Part shown: positions 54,269 to 64,000 of the stretch, in pieces
Numbering within the stretch: the stretch's first letter is position 1
Layout of the letters: each line of letters begins with the position of its first letter
From: the human T2T-CHM13v2.0 reference genome, Homo sapiens
Length of the DNA stretch: 64,000 nt
Assembly (NCBI RefSeq): GCF_009914755.1
Contig: NC_060931.1
Reading direction: 5' to 3' (one strand)
Translations under genes and position numbers: made by a program
The notes under the pieces: generated by a model
What the model was told of the DNA's origin: nothing
The model's database searches: none
Seen by the model: the letters and a program-made list of their open reading frames with translations, nothing else

Positions 54269-55898
54269 TTATCCCAGCCCAATGGAGAAACCATTGCCCC
54301 GGCATGTCTCTGAAGCTCCTCTGTTCTCAGCTCGAGGCTCCTCCGCAGCCTTGGCGGCCAGACTGTCACCCTGGCAAGATCCCTTTCTGAGCTCCTTAGG
54401 CCTGGCCTCCTCCTCCTCCAGCCCACTCTACCCACTGCTGTCCCAGTAACGCTTCCCAAGCCTGCAGCACTGGTGTGTGACTGTCATCCCTTCCTCTTAG
54501 GAAATGCAGAAAAGACCTTTCAAAGCACAAAGCCAGCTTTCCCACCCTTGCCACACACTCTGTCCAGCAGGGGGTTTCCTTAAAAGGTGGGTGGGTACAG
54601 ATGCCAGGAGAGGATGTGGGGCACCTGTATGAGCCCAGCATCAGGAAGACCCCCTTAGGGATCGCAGGAAATCTGAAAGATGTCAGCCCTACCGACCTGA
54701 CTTGGTTTTGTTTTTTTACTTTATGCTACCAGAGGCTAATGCTTTTCTTTATTTTATTTTATTTTGTATTTTTTAGAAAAGTAGGACATCTTCCAGAAGG
54801 GCTCCCCTGAAATGTTTTCAGCCAGTCAGAACATGGTTTCCAAGGTCTGCCCTTGGGCTTATCAGTGGCAGGGAGCAGCCCAGACCATGTTTTATGGAAT
54901 TTAAATGATGAAGTCCAAGGCCTGCCTCTCCGCCAGTCCCTGGGCCATTGAGCTAATTTGCAAGCCATTAACATTCAGCCCGAATCAGTAATGAGACGCC
55001 AGGTCAGAGCTGGCTGCCCAGCCAGCCACCCAAGCCTGCAGTGTATCTGTGTAGTAATTGTATTGAAAAGCCGCTAATTCCAATTTAATTGCTGTGCCTT
55101 TGGTAATCTGGGTCGTAGTTAACATCAACAAATAAATTCAACTTGGATGGGAAGATTTGTTGGAAGGTAGGGGGCACAGAAGAAATTGGTGAGGCAGGTT
55201 TTTGAGGTTTGGTTCCTACCCACTCTCCCTCACCCACTGGATTTCATGCTGCTGAGGACCAGATCCAGTGACCTTGGTAGCCACGGGATCCAATGGGCTG
55301 TACCATCCTTCCCTGGCTTCCCCTAGCTGTGGCTGCAGCATAGCCATAGAGCCACCCAGCACAAACCTGCCAACAGCAAGACCCACAGATCCACCTGGCT
55401 CTGCACAGAGGCACTGCCATGGGCCGGCACCCTCTCCCCTCTAGGCGGCCCCCTGTCTCCCCTGACCCTCTATCTCTTCCTCTCCCTGCCTCCCTGCTCC
55501 CAAATATCCATCCCCAGCATCCCCGATCAGATGCTGAGAGATGCCTTTGTTGCCGCAGGCAGCCCTCCTGCTCTCAGGGCACCATATTTCCCTGCCTGAA
55601 ATTCTGCTGCTAGCGAGTGCCCGGGCCATCGAGTCTTCCGTGCATTCAGTGCACTCCCATATGCAAGACTGAATGGAAGCTTCAGAGAAATGAAGCTTCA
55701 CACAGGTCGGGTGACTTGCCCAAGGCCGCGCAGCAGGCCAGAGTCCTCAGGATGAAAACCCTGGGCCAGTCTCTGTCTGTGGGCTTCCCCTCAGGCCCCA
55801 CCCAGAGCACCCTCACCCCCACGGTCACCCAAGGGCATGCCCGATACCCCGTGGCCAGCATTGCCCCCTAACCCGTGCTGTGCTCTGCTTCTCCCCAG

Positions 55899-55968
55899 AC
55901 CTGCCCATGCAGATACTGAAGCCAGCAACCTTCACCGACACCACCCACTACCCTCTGCTCCTGGTGGT
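55899..55968 (+). CDS. DPP6: DPP6 internal coding exon (70 nt, phase 1-2): (N)[22 protein letters not shown](V)
   Basis: Branch-like CTAAC near 55868, acceptor ctccccAG at 55897-55898, donor GT|GTAAGT at 55969. YPLLL is typical of the DPP4/S9B family. Confidence 0.97.
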
Positions 55969-56984
55969 GTAAGTATCGTCACATCTGTCTTTCCCTGGTG
56001 CTCGTTCTGGGGCTCCGTGACACCCATGATAAAGGAATATTGAACTCTTAAGAAAAGATAAGCAGGAGAAATGACATTGTTGCAAACTGAAAACATAACA
56101 TCGTTTAGCCCAATGTCAGGTTCTTTAGGAATCTTGGAGACACCCAGAGGTTAAAGGAAAGTGGGTGCTGTGTACCCACCGCCTCTCCCCAGGCTGCCTC
56201 AGGTTCTGTGACCATAAAGTGAGGCTGCTGGGATCATCGTAGTGGCATTTTGCATGACAGGCTCACCGGAGGCTGGCAGGGGACAGGTCCCAAGACACAG
56301 AGACACAAGATGGCTGGAGCCTGGGACCCGCACCCTGAGCCCGTGGGTCTCACTGGCTGGCATTTCTGGCCACTGCCGTGAATGCCCTTTTTTCACCAGC
56401 AAAGAATTTTTTCAGCTCTTTCTTATATTCATTAATAAAGCCTCCGGTTTGGGTTTTGAGAACAACTTTTTGTGCTCTGTAAATGCCTTGAAGGTGTTGG
56501 GTCTGATTAGGGAACTCAGTGCTAGGAGCCGGCCCAGTGCCCTGTGCATAGGTTCAAATGTTGCCTGACAGCCCTGAGTCTAGGTGATGTCCACGCGCTG
56601 ACACCGCACGGGGAGGCAGTGCAGAGGGGGCCACCTGGACCGTTGAGCAAATGCCCCAATGCACCTCCTGGTCTGTACTTTCAAGACCACGGAGCAGGAG
56701 AAACTCCTGCACCCCTCGTAGCCTGGGAGAGCCGGCTGAAGCGAGGCCTATGCTGGGCTGTGTTAAGGATGCCAGTGCAACTACCCCCTGAGTAAACGCT
56801 GGCACCTGATGGAGCTCTGATTAACCCTGGTGTCTTGCCCTGCTCCCTTCCTGAGGGCTGAGTCCCTAAATAGCAAAAAGGTTCCATTATAGAAACGCCC
56901 CAGGGCACAGATTCCAATAGCTGATTCCGTTTTGCAATTAACCCACTTTCCTTAATATCTGGACTGCTTTCACACTTTCCCAGC

Positions 56985-57428
56985 AGCCATGCATGCACAC
57001 TCACCCACATGCAGACACACGCACCCACACACAGGCACACGCACATGCACACACACCCACATGTGCACACATGCATCCACACACACACATGCACACACGC
57101 ATACATAAACACACATATGCATACCCACATGCACACACACCCACAGGCACACATGCACACACACGCACCCACACACATAGGCACACACACATGCACACAC
57201 CCACATGTGCACACATGCACACACACACGCACCTGCATACATAAGCACACACATGCATACCCACATGCACACATACACACACATGCACACACATACGTGT
57301 GCATACGCATCCACATGCAGCACATATGCACATGTATGTGTATATACACATGCACACATGCACACATCTATACACACCCACACCCACAGACCCACACACC
57401 CCACACATGTGCACACACACCACACATG
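56985..57428. repeat. (CA)n/(CACATG)n compound repeat
   Basis: Direct reading. Confidence 0.95.
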
Positions 57429-58162
57429 TTTCCTGCCTCCTTTCTCTTACTAAACCAGATTTTCCCCACTTTCTCCAGGATGCTAACAACTTCCAAACCA
57501 GCTTTCTTCCCCTGCACACTGGTTTCTTCAGTGATCTTAAAGGAAATCCCCAAAAGCATTTCAGTTTACAAAACAATTCTCCTTCCCTTCAGAGGTAAAA
57601 GTGGTCGTGCCCGGTGGAGACAGCTGAGCTCTGCTGAGCTCGGACGGGACCGGCCAGGCAACCCCACCCCCTGGGTGCACACTCACTCTGGCCTTGCTAG
57701 CTTGCCTTGGAGGCTATGTCTTTTTGTTTGTTTCTCACTGTGACATCAAATGTGATAGCAAGGAGATCTGGAGTCCCTGAGCCCCTGCTTCAGATTAAAA
57801 AAATCCAAAAGAAAACAAAGGCACACTCGACATAGAGCAGCACCATGACTCACCAGGACCCTAAGCATGCAGCACTCGAGCGCGCCGCTCCTGGCCCGCT
57901 CCTCCTGCCCCCACCCCACTCCTCAGCCCTTGGCGGACAGCTGGGAGAGTGCCGGTGGTCGAAGCAGTCACCTGGCTGGAGCCACTCTCAGTTGGGGCAC
58001 TGCTCCCTGCTGTTCCAGGGAGGCAGGCTGGACCTGGGGCTGACTTTCTCTCCTGTCCATCTTTTTCCCGGCAAGAGGGAAAATCACTTAAAAACTTCCC
58101 CACACCCATAAGTATGCTGGTCAATGAGGAACAACCAGTCCTGCATAGAAAATGGCCCTGTT

Positions 58163-58453
58163 CCCAGCCTGGGCAACATAGCAAGACCCCATCTCTACAG
58201 ATTAACAGATTTTTCTTTTAATTAGCCAGGCATGGTGGCACATGCCTGTGGTCTCAGCTATTTGGAAGGCAAAAGTGGGAGGATTGCTTGAGCCCCAGAG
58301 GTCAAGCCTGCAGTGAACCAAGATTGTGCCACTGCACTCCAGCCTGGCCGACAGAGTGAGACCCTGTCTCAAACAAAAGAAAAAAAAAGAAGAAAAGAAA
58401 AGAAAGAGAGAGAGAGAAGGAAAGAAGGAGGGGAGGGAGGGAGGAAGGGAGGG
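58163..58453 (+). mobile_element. 5'-truncated AluJ with purine-rich tail
   Basis: Starts at ccagcctgggcaacatagc; GCCCTGTT flanks both sides. Confidence 0.88.
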
Positions 58454-59176
58454 AACAGCCCTGTTTGAGGAAAAAGAAAACAGCCCTGTTTGTGGCACTG
58501 GTCGAATCCCATGGTCCAAATGCCCCACCATGGATGCCTTTCAGCCAGCAGTGCTGGGCTCGCAAATGAAGAGCTGGGAGGAGAGCACAGTGGGAGCCGC
58601 CAGCCCAGGTCGGAGGCCACACTGCCCAGAGCCAATGGCTCCTTGACTCCCGAGCAGAGGGAGGGAGAAAGGCCACCCATATGGCGGGTTTGCTGTTACT
58701 TCCGACTTAACAAGAGACAGACCACGTCTTCAAGCCAGGGATGTGGCTAGAGTCAGCGCGGCCTTGTCACTTGTGATGGGTACTGAGAGGTACAGCCTGG
58801 GACATCTAGAACCCAGGAAAGAGAAACCTTCTTGCCGTGTAGGGAAGGTCCCCGCAGGGAGAAGGTGGGAGGATTTGTATTGTTTCCCTCACCAAATAGA
58901 TGCTTTTTGGTGGCCGTCCCAGACAGCGCCGGTGTGTGTAGGGATGGCCCTGGGTGTCCTAGGCTCTTGGAGGTCTCCTCTTCCTCCTCACTTTATGGGG
59001 TGTGGATAACACCTGGCTCACCTGCCCGGGGCAACAGAATCTGGGGTATGGAGTTGAGCGTGTGGCAGCCGGGTCACGGGTAAAATCCCTTACGGGGGTC
59101 ATCTGACGTGGCAGCTGCTAGACCAGCCGCCACCCACCACGCAGCAGGCCTGCTGAGCCCGGGATTCTCTTTCCAG

Positions 59177-59371
59177 GGATGGCACCCCGGGCAGCCAGTG
59201 TGTAGCTGAGAAGTTCGAGGTGAGCTGGGAGACGGTGATGGTGAGCAGCCACGGCGCGGTGGTGGTAAAGTGTGACGGCCGTGGCAGCGGCTTCCAAGGG
59301 ACCAAGCTCCTGCACGAAGTGAGGCGGCGGCTGGGCTTGCTGGAGGAGAAGGACCAGATGGAGGCCGTGCG
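59177..59371 (+). CDS. DPP6: DPP6 internal coding exon (195 nt, phase 2-2): (V)[64 protein letters not shown](R)
   Basis: Acceptor ctctttccAG at 59175-59176, donor CG|GTGAGC at 59372. Contains the S9B-family GxPGSQ and DGRGSG motifs; CpG-rich coding sequence. Confidence 0.97.
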
Positions 59372-62300
59372 GTGAGCACCCGCCCAGGAAGCAGGAGAGG
59401 CCGGGAGGGGACGGGGCTCCTCATGGGGGCAGCACCGCAGTCACAGTGCGGGAATGCTTTTTCTCCACGCACACATTTTTCATGCAATTTGCTCTTACCT
59501 AAAATCTCTTGGCCATTCCAAAGAAGTTTCAAAGGAAACTTAGGAATCTTCTCCTAGGGACATTTATAACTAGTTTTCCCACTGCAGGGTAGATTGTTGA
59601 GTTGACTAAAACAAGGGGATAGAAATTGCCGGTTGGGTTGGCTTGGCTTTTCTGCGCTGTGGTCACTGACCCGGGCCAGTGTCCACGCATGTCTTTGCCA
59701 TTTATCCCAAGGGGAGGAGAGAAGAGATCAGGAAGGAAGGACAGAAAAAGGGAAGGAATATGAATGGGGCTGGATCCGTGGAAATGGGTCACCCTCGTTA
59801 CTGAGAGCAGGACCTCCATGCACATCCAGGTGGGGCCAGAATGCCCTTCCCGGCTCTGAGGAAGGGCAGGCTTTTGTTCTGTCATTCCTGTGCATCCCTA
59901 TCACTGACTCAGCAAGAGCAACCGACATCACAGAAACAAAAGGAGGCTTAGCACCAAGGGGCAGATGCTCCAAATGACTTATTGAATCTTATTGTTGCAC
60001 TGGAAATAAAAAGACATCAAGACACCGCGCCAGGCTGCAGCTGGCCTTCAGGCTCATTTTGTAGAAGCAGTTTTCACAGTCTGATGGCACAGAGGACTGC
60101 AGCACTTACTCTAACTTCACCCCTTAGAGATGCTGCAGGAACAGCTCAACGGACTGTGGACTTGGGTTCTGAGAATGACAAGAAGGCAGGGAGAAGCGCA
60201 TCTACCAGGGACCCCCGCCGCGACCATGATCATCACCGTTATGGGCAGGGGAGCGTGAGGCTGGGCCCGGGCACACAAGGAGGGTGGAGCACAGAGCCCA
60301 GCTCAGTACATGTTTATTGACTGGACCTGGCATCTCTGTACCTATTATACCAGGGTGCTTTGTGCGTTTGGAAATTTTTACTCAACTGACTTTGAAAACA
60401 TTTCTCCTCATTTTGAAAAAGATTGACGGCCCTGGTATGTACTCAGCGAATGGTCTTTCAATGGAAAACAATGAGCGTGTGAATGAATGGTTCCGGTCCT
60501 CCTCCAGGGAGCTATGAGCTGGGTGATGGCAGACAAAGCAATTGCTTCAGAAACCCGTGTTGCAGGTGGGAAATACGGAGCGGGAGAGCTCTCAGGACTC
60601 AGATACTCAGGGAAGGAGTGTCTGCCAGGATGCCTTTGCCTGGAAGTCAATGACTACAACAACACATGTGTGCGTGCACACACACACACACACACCTCTC
60701 AAATAAGGAACTATATTGGCTACAAAAGACACAGGGATGTCAGGTCTCAAGGTTGATGAATCCAGACACCAACAATGTCACCAACGACCCAGGCTCTCTC
60801 CGTCTCTCCGCCCAGCCAGCCATGATGGTCTCATCCTAAGCCGAGCCCTCAGTCACGGGGTGGCCCTCAGTAGCACCTGGCTCCATGCTTCGTCATCTAC
60901 CTCCAGCAGGTTGGGGAGGAAACCACTTTTAGAAACTTCCAGAAAGGAAAGGAAAGTCTCCCCACAAGCAGACAGCAAACCTCTCCTTCCATCTCCCTGG
61001 CCCTCCCCTGCCCATTCCAGAACCTGCCACCAGTGAGACAGGTGCAGGCAGCCCCCCCAGAGACCAAGTGGGTCCGTCTGACACCAGTGTGGGGCCAGCC
61101 CCTGAGCAGAGGATGTGGGGTGACAAGGGAATGCTGGGGTTCAGTGTGGAAGGAGGATGGGTGGGTGGCTGCTGGGTCAGCAGCGGGCAGTGCCAGCCAC
61201 AGAGGACTCCCAGGACACGGAAGCCGGCCCAGGCTGCGCTCTGGAGTGGAGTGGGCCTGGCTTCCTGGGTGGGGGCACGAGTGCTCTCCTGGCTTCCCAG
61301 ACCTCCTCCTTTGGGTCTTTTTCATTTGTGTGTGGCTTCCCCTGCCATCTCCTGCTCTTTCCTCACCCCACCTGCTCTATCTCCTCCCAGGGAGATTTGG
61401 AAGCCCGGGGCCTCCCCGCCATCAAGGGCAGGCCCAGGGGAAAGTCGCAGCACCCTCAGGCTCCCCTTCGACACTTGGCTCTGCCTGGCATCTTCCCCAA
61501 AGAGCACAGGAATTAGAGGGCAAAGGTGTTTCACACACACACACGTCGTGCCCTAAAAAGAAGGAATGGGCCCAACCATCTGTTCCAAAACAAGGCAGAA
61601 CCTGTTCTGGAAAAAGTCAATAATGCCAACTCCTAAACCACCGAAGCTCAAAGAATGGGAGCGTGTGGACAACGGCAAAGCTTAGAGCCGTTGCCAAAGC
61701 ACAGACTTTCTTAGGAAGCTGATGCCCAATGGCGCCAAGCCATAGAAAGCCTCCCTCAGCTCTCCCTAGGAACGAGGTCTGCATTTTCATTCATCAGAAA
61801 GAAATAGCCCAATTTGATCGGAAACCTAAAATCAGGAGGCTGACACATTAGCCTGACTCCTCCCACTCCCACAGTTCCCCCGTCCACCACCACCATATCC
61901 TCACCGAGGAGCCCACAGGCCAGCCTCCCACGAGCAGCTGAGATGAGCTGTGGAAGGGAGCTCGTCCCACCCCTGTGGAAGGCAGCGGGCAGCTGTGTAA
62001 ACCCGACTAGGGCCGGTGGGCTCCTGTCTCCTAGAGACAGGTTGTCTCTGGGCTCAACTTGGGATTTTCTTCACGATTGTTTCTTTTGGGTCCTACGTGC
62101 TCATGTGTACACACACAGACACCCTGGGTCATGTGCTAAGGAGCAGCAGAAATGCCTCATTTTTATTTACTCATTTGTTCACGTAGCTAGTGGAGGAAGC
62201 CAAAATAGTTATCCCCAAAATATTGAGACCTGCTAAGTGAAAGATACTGAAAACACAGGGACTCTCTGCCTCTGCCCCTGTTTGCCAGACGCCAGGACAT

Positions 62301-62423
62301 CCATCCTTCCTTCCTGGGGACAGCACCTGCTCATCAGCCCAGAGAGGGTCCCAGCCGTTGCCAGGGTCTCTGGGGGCAGATTGCATTGCCTTCTCACAGG
62401 TTCCCTCCTTTTAAAAGACTGGG

Positions 62424-63030
62424 GGCTGGGCATGGTGGCTCACGCCTGTAATCCCAGCACTTTGGGAGGCCCAGGTGGGCGGATCACCGGAGTCCAGGAG
62501 TTCAATCAAGACCAGCTGGCCAACATGGTGAAACCCCGTCTCTATTAAAAACACAAAAATCGGCCGGGCGCGGTGGCTCACGCCTGTAATCCCAGCACTT
62601 TGGGAGGCCGAGGTGGGCGGATCACGAGGTCAGGAGATCGAGACCATCCTGGCTAACACGGTGAAACCCCGTCTCTACTAAAAAAAAAAAAATACAAAAA
62701 ATTAGCCGGGCGAGGTGGCGGGCACCTGTAGTCCCAGCTACTCGGGAGGCTGAGGCAGGAGAATGGCGTGAACCCCAGGGGGCGGAGCCTGCAGTGAGCC
62801 GAGATTGTGCCACTGCACTCCAGCCTGGGCGACAGCGAGACTCCGTCTCAAAAAAAAAAAAAAAAAAAACACAAAAATCAGCCAGGTGTAATCCCAGCTA
62901 CTCAGGAGGTTGAGGCAGGAGGATCGCTTGAACCTGGGAGGCAGAGGTTGCGGTGAGCCACGATTGCGCCACTGCACTCCAGCCTGGGCAATGAGCCAAA
63001 CTCCATCTCAAAAAGAAAACCGTAAATAAA
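62424..63030 (+). mobile_element. AluS host element, split in its A-rich linker
   Basis: Left arm 62424-62561, right arm from 62880; TAAAAGACTGG TSD (62412-62422, 63031-63041). Confidence 0.9.
62562..62864 (+). mobile_element. Young AluY (Ye-like) nested in AluS
   Basis: CpG-rich; carries GGGCGAGGTGG, GAACCCC.GGGGGCGGAGCCTGCAG and GGCGACAGCGAG; 15-bp TSD AAAAACACAAAAATC (62547-62561, 62865-62879). Confidence 0.92.
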
Positions 63031-64000
63031 TAAAAGACTGGAGCTGCTCTCTCCTTTGCCTGGTCACTATGCTGAGAGTTATGGCTCTTTGTTAAAATAC
63101 TGTGTAAACAGGGCCCCTACACCACTGCCTTAAGAGGCACTGGAACTGAGGCCTCCGCCACGTGGAGGGCACAGCGCACGCCAGGAAATCTCTTCCGGTT
63201 TTCCTCTTGTTCATCTGACTTTCATTTTCAGGACAGTGACAGTGTCTCGACCAGGAACTCATAAGGGTTGAGAAAAGAAATTATATTTTCTCCTCTTTAC
63301 TAGAAAATGTCTAAAAATATCTCTAACTCCACACTTGACATTATGGCTTGGCTTGAGGTAAAATCCAGACAGACAATAATTTCCATCTAACAAGCAACAA
63401 GCCCACAGCCTGCAGGCGTCCTGCTGCTGGTTGAGGTCCAGAAACCGGAAGGACCCCAGCCACTTCGTGGGGGAAGCAGAAGACCACAATGCGGGGCAAG
63501 GTCCCAGCAAGGGTGAGGCAGGGACCCAGGCAGCACTGGCCCAGAGCACTGAGGCCCAGAGCACCAAGCGGCTGCTGCCAAGGCTGGGCCGTAGCAGGAA
63601 GCTCATGGGAAGAATCCCTCTGTGGCCAAACAGGTACAAGACAGGGGCCTCCTCCCAGGAATTGGGAACAGAAGGCTGTGCAGGTGGGATGGGGTCTCAC
63701 TGGCTTGACTCTGAGCCCAGAAGCATAGAACCAGAGCTCCACAGATTCCTGCCGACCCCTAAGGCTCATCCCAGAGCCCGCGTGCTTGGAGTCACAGGCT
63801 CTGGGTGGGGGCCCAATAGCAGCAGATGGACCCCATGCAACAGGGGCTGCGTCTCCCAGAAGGGGCTCTGCGGCTGTGGATTAATGGCTCGCAGTCGAGA
63901 AGCTTCTATACCTGGAAGTGCTACAGAGTTATTGCAAGGGTGCTTTGAGGTTTTAACGTGAACATGCTGACTTGGCACTAAATAAATAAAAGCAATAAAT

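Noticed and set aside
56681-57743. Long His/Thr- or Cys/Val-rich ORFs (up to 244 aa); same pattern at 20281-20957
   Set aside because: Artefacts of stop-free CA/TG repeats; open in several frames on both strands.
59040-59470. CpG-rich stretch as an internal promoter
   Set aside because: CpG density is explained by the coding exon; too short and no promoter motifs seen.

Overview
Primate, almost certainly human, genomic DNA from inside the DPP6 gene (dipeptidyl peptidase-like 6, the catalytically inactive Kv4 channel auxiliary subunit) on the + strand. Four coding exons, none reported as such by the ORF track, splice in frame through canonical AG/GT sites: 37058-37105, 51273-51371, 55899-55968 and 59177-59371. 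They read (G)[136 protein letters not shown](R). Everything else is intron: Alus (several nested or inverted), L1/L2/L3/MIR fragments, MaLR and ERV1 LTRs, hAT/TcMar MITEs, several tandem repeats and a few motif-dense non-repeat blocks that may be enhancers. I found no evidence for a new protein-coding system. The most notable items are an apparent Ser-to-Cys coding difference in the last exon, inverted Alu clusters around a frame-symmetric exon, an RBFOX-motif-rich repeat, a palindromic minisatellite, a composite insertion inside an Alu, and a POU/SOX/FOX motif cluster. Repeat subfamily names and the reference protein come from memory, not from a search.
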